From Cardiobacterium valvarum (lineage in GTDB: Bacteria; Pseudomonadota; Gammaproteobacteria; Cardiobacteriales; Cardiobacteriaceae), in assembly GCF_900460955.1 (NCBI RefSeq), contig NZ_UFUW01000001.1, positions 1,144,738-1,176,737 on the forward strand: a stretch of DNA of 32,000 nt. Reading direction: 5' to 3'. Below the pieces are notes generated by a model, which made no database searches, was not told where the DNA came from, and saw nothing but the letters and a program-made list of their open reading frames with translations. Both the position numbers and the translations under genes were made by a program. Shown here piece after piece: positions 1-9,148 of this stretch. How positions within the stretch are numbered: the stretch's first letter is position 1; each line of letters opens with the position of its first letter.

Positions 1-653
1 CGCATCACCTTGTCGGCGTCCTCGGCGGAGACGGGCGAAAGATTATCGGCGCGCATCGTCACCTCGCTCTCATCCGGGGTATAACCGGCGGCGACCAGCG
101 CGTCATACACCGCCGCATAATTATCCGGCGACGTCAGCACCTCGGCACCGTTCTCATCGATTTCCAAATCATCCGCGCCCGCATCCAGCGCCACTTCCAT
201 AAAAGCGTCCTCATTCTCGACCTTCTCGAAAAAGAGCACACCGCGCTCAGTGAACTGGAAAGCGACCGAGCCGGAGGTGCCGAGATTGCCGCCTGCCTTA
301 GTGAAAGCATGGCGCACCTCGCCGACCGTGCGGTTCTTGTTGTCTGTCAAACAGTCAACCATTACCGCGATGCCGCCCGGACCGTAGCCCTCATAACGAA
401 TCTCCTCCATCTGCGCGCCGCCGAGTTCGCCCGCGCCGCGCTTGATGGCGCGATCCATCGTGTCTTTCGACATATTCTCGGCCTGCGCCTTGGTGATGGC
501 GAGACGCAGGCGCGGATTACTGCCGGGATCCGAGCCGCCGTGGCGCGCGGCAATCGTCAACTCGCGAATCAGACGGGTGAATACCTTGCCGCGCTTGGCA
601 TCTTCCTTTGCCTTCTTGTGCTTGATATTCGCCCATTTACTATGACCGGCCAT
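1..653 (-). CDS. yebC: YebC/PmpR-family transcriptional regulator (3' end runs off the window)
   Basis: Reverse-strand translation from the ATG at 653..651 reads [53 protein letters not shown]..., the characteristic YebC/PmpR N-terminus. The frame stays open to position 1, which explains its absence from the ORF track. Confidence 0.9.
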   Translation of the reverse strand, partial: MAGHSKWANIKHKKAKEDAKRGKVFTRLIRELTIAARHGGSDPGSNPRLRLAITKAQAENMSKDTMDRAIKRGAGELGGAQMEEIRYEGYGPGGIAVMVDCLTDNKNRTVGEVRHAFTKAGGNLGTSGSVAFQFTERGVLFFEKVENEDAFMEVALDAGADDLEIDENGAEVLTSPDNYAAVYDALVAAGYTPDESEVTMRADNLSPVSAEDADKVM

Positions 654-703
654 AAAAATCCTCCAATAAAAAACAAAATAAAAGAAACAGAAAGGCGCGT
701 ATT

Positions 704-1642
704 CTAGCTTTCAGGCAATAACCCACGCAAACGCGCCGCGCCCCACTCCGAAGCGACAATCCCCGCTGCGACCAGCACAAGCGCGATCAGCACATAGCCG
801 CCCAAGCGCTCATCGGCAAACACCGCCACCCCGACCAGCGCACCGAACACCGGCAGCAAATTCATGGTGAGCGCCGCCCGTCCCGCGCCGATGGCAATCA
901 CGCTCTCCATATAAAATAGTTTCGACAAAATCGCAATAAATACCGTCACATAGACGAGCAGCAGCCAGGCCTGCCACACAGGCAGACGGAACCCGCGCGA
1001 GAGGCCTTCCCAGAGAAAAAACGGCACGGACACCACCACTGCCGCGACGCACATCGCCCAGAGCAGGCTCGCCCAATGCACTGCCGGGGCGCGACGTAGT
1101 GCCAGCGAATAACCCACATAAATTGCCGATGTCACCAGAGCCAGTGCATCGCCCTGGGCCAGCCCCGTATCCAGCAACGTGCGCGGATTGCCCTTGCTCA
1201 CCACCCAGACCACGCCGGCAAACGACAGTGTCACCCCCAGCCATTGCAACGGATGCGCCCGCCCGCGCAGACAAAAGACCTCGACCAGCAGCACCATCAC
1301 CGGAATCAGGGCGGTGATAATCGACACATTGACCACCGACGCACCACGCGCAAACGCGCTGTACAACACAATATTAAAAAGCGCGAAACCGCTGCCGCCG
1401 ACGACCAGCAGCCATCCTGCCCGCCGCTTGAGCACGGGCAAATCATGACGAATCCGCGCACGGAACAGCCACGACAACAACGCTGACGCCAGCACCCAGC
1501 GCCAGAAAGTGAATTCATACGGCGTCAGCCAGGCCTTGCCGAGCTTGCCGGTGACATTACTCGTCGCCCAAAAGAGCGGCGCCAAAAAAAGCATGACATA
1601 CGGATGCGGCAGGCCGTTTGCCTGCCAAAAACGAAAAGACAC
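704..1642 (-). CDS. EamA/DMT-superfamily permease
   Basis: 312-aa ORF that is hydrophobic throughout, with about 10 predicted TM segments. It shows the duplicated EamA-like pattern ([11 protein letters not shown]..., ...[10 protein letters not shown]...). The overlapping + ORFs are Pro/Arg-rich shadows. Confidence 0.8.
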   Translation of the reverse strand: MSFRFWQANGLPHPYVMLFLAPLFWATSNVTGKLGKAWLTPYEFTFWRWVLASALLSWLFRARIRHDLPVLKRRAGWLLVVGGSGFALFNIVLYSAFARGASVVNVSIITALIPVMVLLVEVFCLRGRAHPLQWLGVTLSFAGVVWVVSKGNPRTLLDTGLAQGDALALVTSAIYVGYSLALRRAPAVHWASLLWAMCVAAVVVSVPFFLWEGLSRGFRLPVWQAWLLLVYVTVFIAILSKLFYMESVIAIGAGRAALTMNLLPVFGALVGVAVFADERLGGYVLIALVLVAAGIVASEWGAARLRGLLPES

Positions 1643-1987
1643 AGGAAAACCCTCATAAGAAAAAACGGCGGAATCATACCAAGCCCGCCCCGCCGGAAAA
1701 ATCCGGTTGTGCGATGGCAGTACAAAGAGATTATTGGGCAGCTATGCACCGCTCGCACGCGCTATGGCAGAGCGAGAAATGCAGAGACGTTGCTGCAACG
1801 TCTCCAAAATCAAGAAACTTCGGCATTTATTCCGCTTGGAGGCCTGCGATTCCACCGCTGGATGATGCCTGTTGGCAGTCTGCGATGATCCAGAAGGACG
1901 GCGATCAGCAGTCATGCGGTTTCGCGCAGGTGGAACGTCGCTTCTCGCGGATGGTAATGCCGCCACATGAGGAAGCCTGCCATGACC

Positions 1988-3745
1988 TTATTCCTTGATG
2001 ATGTGATCCACCCGCATCATTCCGCGCAGACTGTTGCAGAGGATGACGGCCTCGGCGCGGGCGAGGTCGGCGGTGGTGAGGACGCGTTCGCAGAGCGGTC
2101 CGCCGCCGAGCGGGAGCGGGTTGGCCAGGAGGCGGGCGCGCCGGATGCCGGGCAGGATGTCGGCGGCAAGCGGCGGGGTGTACCAGGCGCCGTCAAGACG
2201 CAGGATGAGGCTGCTGCGGCTGCCTTCGAGCAGTTCGCCGCGTGTGTTGGTGAGGATGGCATCGAAGGCGCCGCGCGTGGTGGCGCAGGCGAGGGCGCGG
2301 TCATTCATGACGCGGTGGCTGGTTTTGTGGCGGCGCAGCAGGTCGCGCACGGGCAGCGCTTCGGGGTAAAGGTAGCAGGTGACGGTGGCGGGTTGCTCGT
2401 CCAGCGGGTGCTCTCCGATGTCGTGACGGCCATCGGGGTGCAGGGTGATTTTCAGGCGGTGTGGGGCAATGGTAGCCGCGATGGTGCGTTGTACGGCAGC
2501 CTGGATGACAGCGATGTCGCAGGGGATGGCGAAGGTGGCGGCGCTTGCGGCAAGGCGTGCGAGGTGGTTGGCAAGAAACCGTGCTTGCCCGTCTGCAACG
2601 AACAGGGTTTCGATGAGGCCGAAGTCGGGCAGGGCGTGCAGGAAGGCAGCTTTGGTTTGGCATTCGCGGTATTCGTCGGCAGCGTCGCTCAGGATGGTGA
2701 TGCCGCCGCCGACGCCGAAGGTGGCGTTTTCTTCGTTTATTGCGAGGGTGCGGATGGCGACGTTCAGGCGCAGGCGGTCACGCTCAACATAGCCGAGGGC
2801 GCCGGTGTAGATGCCGCGCGGGCTGGTTTCAAAGCGGTGGATGAGGCGCATGGTGTTGTGTTTCGGCGCGCCGGTGATGGAGCCGCAGGGAAAGGTGGCG
2901 TGCAGGATGGCGGCGGTGCCGGTGCCTTGGCGCAGGCGGGCGTTGACGCGGCTGGTCATTTGCAGGACGCGGCCATGCCGCTCGACGTGGAAGGGCTGTT
3001 CGACGTTCACGCCGAAGGGCTCGGCGAGGCGGCTCAGATCGTTACGCAGCAGGTCAACAATCATCAGGTTTTCGGCGCGGTTTTTGGGGTCGGCGGCGAG
3101 GGTGGCAGCTGCCGCCGTGTCCGTGGCATCGTCGCCTGTTGCGGGCGCGGTGCCCTTCATCGGCAGGGTGTGCAGCAGGCCGCCGTCGCGGGCGAGGTAG
3201 AGTTCGGGCGAGAGGCAGAGGGTGTAGCCGTCGTCGGGATGCCAGGCATAGGCGGCGTAAGGCGCGGGCTGGCGGGCGCGCAGGCGGCGGTAGAGGGCGG
3301 CGGGCTGGCCGTAGGCTGCGCCATGCAGGCGGATGGTGTGGTTGATTTGGTAGCTGTTGCCCGCGCGCAGTTCTTCGTGGATGGCAGCGATGACCGCGGT
3401 ATAGGTGGCAGGGTCGCTGTCGGCGTGCAGGCCTGCCAGGCCGGCGGGAGCACCGTCGTCCTGTGTGGCCAGCCAGGCGTCAATAGCGTCGCCATGCAAA
3501 TGGTGCAGCGCGGCGTACCAGTCAAGGGCAAGCGGTGCGGCAGGAGCAGCAAGGCCGAGCAGGGCATGGCCGAATTCGTAGGGGATGCGCAGGGTGGCAT
3601 GCAGGCCGCGTGCCCAGCCGTCTGCCAGCAGTTCGTCCAGTTCGTCAAGGCGGGCGGCTGGCAGCAGGATGCGGGCGCGGTGATCTTGGTAGAGACGGGC
3701 GCGGTTGGCGCGGGCGTCGTCAAGGAGGATAAAGGTGTCGTTCAT
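1988..3745 (-). CDS. pabB: Aminodeoxychorismate synthase component I fused to aminodeoxychorismate lyase (PabB-PabC, class IV aminotransferase fold)
   Basis: 585-aa ORF. The N-terminal ~2/3 carries chorismate-binding-enzyme motifs (ENLMIVDLLRNDLSR, TFPCGSITGAPK, RGIYTGALGYV). The C-terminal ~200 aa carry class-IV aminotransferase motifs (LIETL..., RRHKTSHR, EGSRSSLI, LPGIRR, CNSLRG). Confidence 0.85.
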   Translation of the reverse strand: MNDTFILLDDARANRARLYQDHRARILLPAARLDELDELLADGWARGLHATLRIPYEFGHALLGLAAPAAPLALDWYAALHHLHGDAIDAWLATQDDGAPAGLAGLHADSDPATYTAVIAAIHEELRAGNSYQINHTIRLHGAAYGQPAALYRRLRARQPAPYAAYAWHPDDGYTLCLSPELYLARDGGLLHTLPMKGTAPATGDDATDTAAAATLAADPKNRAENLMIVDLLRNDLSRLAEPFGVNVEQPFHVERHGRVLQMTSRVNARLRQGTGTAAILHATFPCGSITGAPKHNTMRLIHRFETSPRGIYTGALGYVERDRLRLNVAIRTLAINEENATFGVGGGITILSDAADEYRECQTKAAFLHALPDFGLIETLFVADGQARFLANHLARLAASAATFAIPCDIAVIQAAVQRTIAATIAPHRLKITLHPDGRHDIGEHPLDEQPATVTCYLYPEALPVRDLLRRHKTSHRVMNDRALACATTRGAFDAILTNTRGELLEGSRSSLILRLDGAWYTPPLAADILPGIRRARLLANPLPLGGGPLCERVLTTADLARAEAVILCNSLRGMMRVDHIIKE

Positions 3746-3907
3746 GCAGGTATTGTAACGATGGCGTGGCTGACCCGCTTGGCTAGTCAGTCGTTTGCTT
3801 ATTGGCAGATGCTCAATTGTGATAACCCAATCATGAAGAATCGGTTATAGTTTCCGCCCCGCTTACGGGAATTTTGTGCAATTTTCTCTATGGTTAAAGG
3901 AAAAATA

Positions 3908-4777
3908 ATGAAGAAGTTTTTGATGGCAACTGCCGCTTTTTTTGTCATTGCCGTGCCGCTCTGGGCGCAGAAGAGTGATGCTGAATTGGAAGCTCTGATC
4001 ATGCAGAACTCCCAAGTCGGGCCACAAACAATTGATTTGGGTAGCGAGGCGACGTTGCAATTACCCGCCGGCATGACGTTTATTAAAAAAGACGCCGCCA
4101 ATAAAATTATGGAAGCCTATGGCAATGGTTCAGATCCTGACCGTTACGGCATTATTATGGGGGACGAAGGCTGGTTTGCCGATTTGAATTATGTTGATAG
4201 TGGTCATATTAAAGACGATGATGCCCAACAACTCAAAGGCGATAAAATCATGAAGATGATGAAAGATGCCGAGAAAGAGGGTAATAAAAGCCGACGTGAA
4301 CGCGGTGTTCCAGAGCTTTATCTGGATGGTTGGGCACAGGAACCGAGCTACGACAGCACCAATCATCGCCTGATTTGGGCCGTTAAAGTGCATTCTTCTA
4401 ATGACCCCAGCCCAACTATCAATTACAGCATTATTGCCTTGGGACGTAAGGGCATGATGGACATGACGATTGTTAATAGCGAAGACAAACTGAATGAAAT
4501 CAAAACCAGTGCTAATGAATTATTGGCGGCTATTACTTTCAAGGATGGTAACCGTTATAGTGATTTCAATCCCACAACTGATAAAATTGCCGAATATGGT
4601 TTGACAGCATTAGTCGCTGGCGGTTTGGCCGCGAAGAAATTCGGCCTCTTTGCCATTATCGGTGCCTTTATCCTGAAATTTGCCAAGATATTCGCCATTG
4701 CCGGTGTGGCTTTGCTGGTTGGTCTGAAAAAGCTGTTTTCTATCCGCCGTCGTCGCGATGAAGATGATTGGAAATGA
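3908..4777 (+). CDS. DUF2167-like membrane-anchored protein (signal peptide plus C-terminal TM segments)
   Basis: The ORF track gives 3890..4777. The ATG at 3908 is preferred because AAAGGA lies 6 nt upstream. The N-terminus MKKFLMATAAFFVIAVPLWAQ is signal-like, and the C-terminus (GLTALVAGGLAAKKFGLFAIIGAFILKFAKIFAIAGVALLVGL) is hydrophobic. I recall this overall pattern from the DUF2167 family. Confidence 0.7.
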   Translation: MKKFLMATAAFFVIAVPLWAQKSDAELEALIMQNSQVGPQTIDLGSEATLQLPAGMTFIKKDAANKIMEAYGNGSDPDRYGIIMGDEGWFADLNYVDSGHIKDDDAQQLKGDKIMKMMKDAEKEGNKSRRERGVPELYLDGWAQEPSYDSTNHRLIWAVKVHSSNDPSPTINYSIIALGRKGMMDMTIVNSEDKLNEIKTSANELLAAITFKDGNRYSDFNPTTDKIAEYGLTALVAGGLAAKKFGLFAIIGAFILKFAKIFAIAGVALLVGLKKLFSIRRRRDEDDWK

Positions 4778-4790
4778 AATGGTTTCGGTA

Positions 4791-4819
4791 AAAAACGGCG
4801 GTTATTCCGCCGTTTTTTT
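4791..4819 (+). terminator. Rho-independent terminator after the DUF2167 gene
   Basis: AAAAACGGCGG-ttatt-CCGCCGTTTTTTT: a GC stem (4796-4801 / 4807-4812) followed by a T7 run. Confidence 0.6.
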
Positions 4820-4942
4820 ATGGTTGTCTTTGGATGCGCTAAGCGGCGCAAACACTGAACCTACCAGGCAGGATAGTCGTGCGGTTTATGGAAGGGGGCA
4901 GGGCGGCCGCCAAGCGGCGTAAATACTGGGTCTGCCAAGCGG

Positions 4943-5192
4943 CCATAGGTATCTACCTATCTCGCAGCGAGAAAAATCTCTTATAAAACAATGAACAATC
5001 CCTCCTCCCGCTTGCGGGAGGAGGTGTCGCGAAGCGACGGAGGAGGGCAAAAAAGGCCAATCTGTCCCGCTTGCCGAGATTCATCCTGCGGACGAACACC
5101 CTCACCCCTGCCCCTCTCCCGCAAGCGGGCGAGGGGTTCCTCTTCGTTTTTGCAGCTATTTTTTGGCTATTGAGATGTGTAGATACCTATGG
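4943..5192. repeat. 250-bp imperfect palindromic, MITE-like intergenic element
   Basis: Exact 14-bp terminal inverted repeats: CCATAGGTATCTAC at 4943-4956 and GTAGATACCTATGG at 5179-5192. Two internal GC hairpins share CCCGCTTGCGGGAG in mirrored positions (loops at ~5011-5014 and ~5122-5125). All pairs are symmetric about ~5068. The element has no ORF. Confidence 0.45.
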
Positions 5193-5278
5193 TTAAGCAG
5201 CGCAAACACTGGGTTTGTCAAGAGAGAGGCTTTTTATGCCGTGCAAGTGCCTTATCAACGGATATGTGTCTGCCCCGC

Positions 5279-6346
5279 TCAACGTCGTTCCAGCAGTACG
5301 CCGCTTTCGATGTGCGGGGTGAAGGGGAATTGATCGAAGAGGGCGCAGGCACTGATGCGGTGCGTAGCGTCCAGCACGGTGAGATTGGCAGCGAGGGTTT
5401 CCGGGTTGCAGGAGATGTAGAGGATGCGCGGAAAGCGGGCGAGCAGGGCGAGGGTTGCGTCATCGATGCCTGCGCGCGGCGGATCAACAAAGACGGTATC
5501 GAAGTTATAGGCAGCAAGCACAATGCCATCCTGTTGCAGGCGGCGGAAGCTGCGCTCACCGCGCATCGCCTCGCTCAGTTCTGCCGCCGAAAGGCGGGCG
5601 ACGGCGATGTTGGTGCAGTCATTCAGAAGGATGTTTTCACGCAGGGCGCGGATGCCGCTCTTGCTCACTTCGGTGGCAAGCACGCGGCGGTAACGCTTCG
5701 CGAGCGGCAGGGTGAAGTTGCCGTTGCCGCAGTAGAGTTCGAGCAGGTCGGCTTGCAGGTTGCCCGCCTGCTGGCAGGCCCAGGCGAGCATTTGCGCGCA
5801 GACGGCAGCGTTTGGCTGGCTGAAGCTGTTTTCGTATTGGCGGTAGTGGAAATCCTGCCCGCCGACATGGAAGGTTTCCTGCACGAAGTCGTGGCCGAGG
5901 ATGATTTTCTGTTTGCGGGCGCGGCCGATAAGGCTGACGCCGAGCGTGGCGGCGAGCGTTTGCGCTTCCGTCTGCCAGGCATCATCCAGCGGGCGGTGAT
6001 AAACGAGGCTGACCATCACTTCACCCGTTTGCGCGGCGTGAAATTCGGCCTGAAAGAGGCGGTAGCGCAGGGCGGGACGGTTGCGGATGGCGGCCATAAG
6101 CGGCGTCATCAGACGGTTGATGGCCTCACAGGCGGACGGGAAACTGTCGCAGCGGATACGCTCTCTGGTAGCGTTGGTCATGGCAAAGTAGCAGTCATCC
6201 CCATCATGCCAGACGCGGAATTCGGCGCGCATCCGGTAGCCCACCGGCAGCGAGGGATACACGGCGGGCGGCGGAGCGGTGAAGGGGGCGAGCAGGGCGG
6301 CAAGGCGCGCGGTTTTTTCGGCTAACTGGCTTTGGTATGCTGGCAT
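5279..6346 (-). CDS. trmA: tRNA (uridine54-C5)-methyltransferase TrmA
   Basis: 355-aa ORF with TrmA-type motifs: YRMRAEFRVWH, LLELYCGNGNFTLPLA, VFVDPPRAGID, YISCNPETL. Confidence 0.9.
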   Translation of the reverse strand: MPAYQSQLAEKTARLAALLAPFTAPPPAVYPSLPVGYRMRAEFRVWHDGDDCYFAMTNATRERIRCDSFPSACEAINRLMTPLMAAIRNRPALRYRLFQAEFHAAQTGEVMVSLVYHRPLDDAWQTEAQTLAATLGVSLIGRARKQKIILGHDFVQETFHVGGQDFHYRQYENSFSQPNAAVCAQMLAWACQQAGNLQADLLELYCGNGNFTLPLAKRYRRVLATEVSKSGIRALRENILLNDCTNIAVARLSAAELSEAMRGERSFRRLQQDGIVLAAYNFDTVFVDPPRAGIDDATLALLARFPRILYISCNPETLAANLTVLDATHRISACALFDQFPFTPHIESGVLLERR

Positions 6347-6369
6347 GCGGTTCTTTCAGGGAGTCTTTG

Positions 6370-6888
6370 ATGCTGAACATTGTATGTTATGTGGGTATTT
6401 TCAGCCTGCTTGCCAGCGGGTGCAGTACGCCGCAGCCTATTCGCCCACCGTTTACCGCCGAGGCTTCGGCGCAACAGGCGTTTATTGAGTTTGCCGAGAA
6501 GTCTGCCGAACCGCCGGCGCGCAATGTGCTGTTCACCCTGCGGCAGATGGTGCAGAACCGCGAGATCGTGCGCGGCGGCTGCTGGGATTATCTGCATGCG
6601 GGCTTCAACCGCGCCGGTATTCCTACCAAGCGGCGGCAGGTGTTGTTTTCCGGCACCCTGCGCGGTGGGCCGTATGCCCCGGCGGAGCTGTTGGAGCCGG
6701 GCGACTGGCTGTATTACGTCAACCATTCGTATAACGACATCGAGCACAGCGGTGTGTTTATCGGCTGGACGGATTATGAGCGGCGGCAAGGGCTGATTTT
6801 GAGCTACGCCGGCGAGGGTCGGGGCGAGCCGGGACGCTATAAGGTCTATGATTTATCGCATGTGTATCAGGTGACGCGGCCGCGCTGA
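6370..6888 (+). CDS. Putative lipoprotein with an NlpC/P60-like Cys...His pattern
   Basis: The ATG at 6370 is preferred over 6337 because AGGGAG lies 7 nt upstream and 6337 would overlap the trmA start. The signal peptide plus lipobox reads MLNIVCYVGIFSLLASGC. GGCWDYLHAGFNRAGIP and GDWLYYVNHSYNDIEHSGVFIGW resemble the catalytic Cys and His regions of NlpC/P60 enzymes (inference). Confidence 0.55.
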   Translation: MLNIVCYVGIFSLLASGCSTPQPIRPPFTAEASAQQAFIEFAEKSAEPPARNVLFTLRQMVQNREIVRGGCWDYLHAGFNRAGIPTKRRQVLFSGTLRGGPYAPAELLEPGDWLYYVNHSYNDIEHSGVFIGWTDYERRQGLILSYAGEGRGEPGRYKVYDLSHVYQVTRPR

Positions 6889-6998
6889 AGAGGCAGGCGG
6901 TTTTTGTCAATGGTGAATGAAAAGTTAGAATGCTGCCCGTCCTGTAATTCTGATGAGTTGAGGATGTTTTTTCTTTTTAGATTGACAAGGAGTTTTCC

Positions 6999-7361
6999 AT
7001 GCCGCAAAACCGGACTGGCCCGGAACGCGCGCCGTACAAGATATCCATTATGGTGATTTACATCTTGTATATCGTCAGTTTCGTGGTGCCGTTTACTTCT
7101 TTCGTTGGCGTCATCATGGCGTACATCCAATGCCGCGATGAGCTCGGAATGTTGCTCTACGGCGACCACCTGCGTTATCTGATTAAAACCTTCTGGATAA
7201 TGTTTGTGGGCGTCATTATCGGCATCGGGCTGTTTGCGGTTGGCATTAGCTTCGGCTTCATCCTGATTGCGGTGGGGCTTCTCTTCCTGGTGCGCTCGAT
7301 ATACGGGCTGGTGAAATTATTGAGCAATGGACCGGTCAATCCCGCCAGCTGGCTGATCTAA
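6999..7361 (+). CDS. Small integral membrane protein (COG3671/DUF4870-like by motif recollection)
   Basis: 120-aa ORF with AAGGAG 6 nt upstream of the ATG. It has three hydrophobic segments. The pattern AYIQCRD...HLRYLIKTFW resembles a conserved small-membrane-protein family. Confidence 0.6.
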   Translation: MPQNRTGPERAPYKISIMVIYILYIVSFVVPFTSFVGVIMAYIQCRDELGMLLYGDHLRYLIKTFWIMFVGVIIGIGLFAVGISFGFILIAVGLLFLVRSIYGLVKLLSNGPVNPASWLI

Positions 7362-7373
7362 GCTTCTGCAATA

Positions 7374-7406
7374 AAAAAGCCCCTTGCGCAAGAAAGGGGC
7401 TTTTTT
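7374..7406. terminator. Bidirectional rho-independent terminator between convergent genes
   Basis: AAAAAGCCCCTT-gcgcaaga-AAGGGGCTTTTTT. An A-run and a T-run flank a 7-bp GC stem. It lies between the + gene ending at 7361 and recJ ending at 7418. Confidence 0.65.
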
Positions 7407-7417
7407 ATGGGAAGCGG

Positions 7418-9091
7418 TTATAGCGCTTCGGCATATTGCACGAGCAGGTCGAGGCGTTCGTCGCGGTAGAAGCGGTTGACTTGCAGTTGGTAGGCGATGC
7501 GCAGGCGGGTGCCGCTTTTGTAATCGGCGGTGTGGAAGAACCATGAGGCGTTATAGACGTTGTCGCTGTCCAGTTCGCGCAGGACGAGGCGGGTATGTGC
7601 ACTGCCGAGCAGGCGACAATCCAGTACTTCAAAGGGGTTGGCAAAAACGGGCACGGGCAATGCCGCGCCCCAGGGTTCGAGGCGTTCGAGGTAGCGTGCC
7701 CAGTTGAGGTTGAGCAGGGTCGCGGGCAGTTCGCCGTCGATATAGACAGGTTCGGGCGGGACGGTTGCGCCGTAGCGTTCGGCAAAGGCGCGGTTGATGG
7801 CGGCAATAAGCGCCGGATAGTGTTCGCGCTGCACGGAGAGTCCGGCGGCAGCGGCATGGCCGCCGTAGCGCAGGGCGGCAGACGGCAGGTCGCGCGCGGC
7901 ACTGTCCAGGAGCGGCACCAGCGGCACGGCACTGACGGAGCGCAGCGAGGCTTTGATCCAGCCTGTTTCGCCGCTGTCGGTGGCGACCAGTGCCGGGCGG
8001 GCGAAGCGGCTTTTCAGGCGGGCGGCAAGGATGCCGATGATGCCTTCGTGCCAGGCGGGATCGTAGGCGGCGGCAAGCGGCAGCGCCGGCGAGACTTGCC
8101 GTGCGGCTTCTTGTACGGCTTCGTTTTCCAGCGCTTTGCGGTCGCGGTTCAGGTCGTCGCATTGTTGTGCGTAGTCGAGTGCGGTCTGGCGGTCTTTAGC
8201 AAGCAGCAGGGCGACGCCATCGGCCATGTCGCCGAGGCGGCCGAGCGCGTTCAGGCGCGGGGCGAGGGAAAAGGCGATGTCTTGCGCGGTGAGGCGGGCG
8301 GGATCGAGGTTGGCGACCGCCATCAGGGCATTGATGCCGGTATTGCCGTGGCCGCTGCGGATACGGGCGAGGCCGTGGTTGACGAGGATGCGGTTGTTGT
8401 AGTCGAGCGGGACGAGGTCGGCGACGGTGCCGAGGGCGACGAGGTCGAGGTAGTCGGAGAGGCGCAGGGTATCCGGCCAGCGGTTGTCCGCGAGCAGGCG
8501 GCTGCGCAGGGCGAGCAGCAGGTAGAAGGCGACGCCGACGCCGGCGAGGTGTTTGCCGGCAAAGGGGCAGTCGCGCCGGTTCGGGTTGACGATGGCGTTC
8601 GCAGGCGGCAGGGTTTCGCCGGGCAGGTGGTGGTCGGTGACGACAACGTCAATGCCGCGCGCGCGCGCGGCGGCAATGGCATCGTGGCTCTGGGTACCGT
8701 TATCCACGGTGAGGATGAGGCGCGGCGTGACTGGCAGGTCGGCGAGTCCGGCGAGGCTGAAGCCGTAGCCGTGCACGCTGCGGTTGGGGATGAACCAGGC
8801 AACGTTCGCGCCGAGTTGACGCAGGACGCGCACGGTAAGTGCAGTCGCGGTTGCGCCGTCCACGTCGTAATCACCGTAGACGAGGATGGGTTCGCGGGCG
8901 CGGATGGCGTGATCGAGGCGGTCAAGCGCGGCGTCGAGACCGGTGAGGTTGTCCGGTGGTAGCAGGTGTTGCAGGCGTTTTTCGATTTCGTCGTGATGGT
9001 TGAGGCGGCTGGCGTAGATGTTTTTGACGAGCGGATGCCAGTCGGCGGGCAGCGCGGCGGTGTCGATGCGCAGGGGGCGGGGGGTGATCAT
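7418..9091 (-). CDS. recJ: Single-stranded-DNA-specific exonuclease RecJ
   Basis: 557-aa ORF with DHH-family motifs (ILVYGDYDVDGATATA, VVVTDHH, GTVADLVPL) and the DHHA1 region (GGHAAAAG). Confidence 0.95.
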   Translation of the reverse strand: MITPRPLRIDTAALPADWHPLVKNIYASRLNHHDEIEKRLQHLLPPDNLTGLDAALDRLDHAIRAREPILVYGDYDVDGATATALTVRVLRQLGANVAWFIPNRSVHGYGFSLAGLADLPVTPRLILTVDNGTQSHDAIAAARARGIDVVVTDHHLPGETLPPANAIVNPNRRDCPFAGKHLAGVGVAFYLLLALRSRLLADNRWPDTLRLSDYLDLVALGTVADLVPLDYNNRILVNHGLARIRSGHGNTGINALMAVANLDPARLTAQDIAFSLAPRLNALGRLGDMADGVALLLAKDRQTALDYAQQCDDLNRDRKALENEAVQEAARQVSPALPLAAAYDPAWHEGIIGILAARLKSRFARPALVATDSGETGWIKASLRSVSAVPLVPLLDSAARDLPSAALRYGGHAAAAGLSVQREHYPALIAAINRAFAERYGATVPPEPVYIDGELPATLLNLNWARYLERLEPWGAALPVPVFANPFEVLDCRLLGSAHTRLVLRELDSDNVYNASWFFHTADYKSGTRLRIAYQLQVNRFYRDERLDLLVQYAEAL

Positions 9092-9148
9092 GGGGTGTGA
9101 GTCGTGTTAATAAGGATGGCGGGCGTTGCGCTCGCCTGTTTTTTGGCC

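Noticed and set aside
309-707. 132-aa + strand ORF at the left edge
   Set aside because: It overlaps the minus-strand YebC/PmpR gene. That gene is missing from the ORF track only because it runs off the window, and its translation is canonical.
1784-1804. Perfect 21-nt palindrome GAGACGTTGC-T-GCAACGTCTC between pabB-pabC and the EamA gene, considered as a terminator
   Set aside because: It is not followed by a U-tract on either strand, so it is not a canonical intrinsic terminator. It is a single occurrence in the window, so I cannot call it a repeat family. It may be an RNA-stability or protein-binding hairpin, but there is no further support.
1967-3850. 627-aa ORF on the + strand, the longest ORF in the first 4 kb
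   Set aside because: It lies antisense to the well-supported pabB-pabC gene. Its product is Ala/Gly/Val/Asp-rich low complexity, typical of a shadow frame in high-GC coding DNA, and it has no recognisable motifs.
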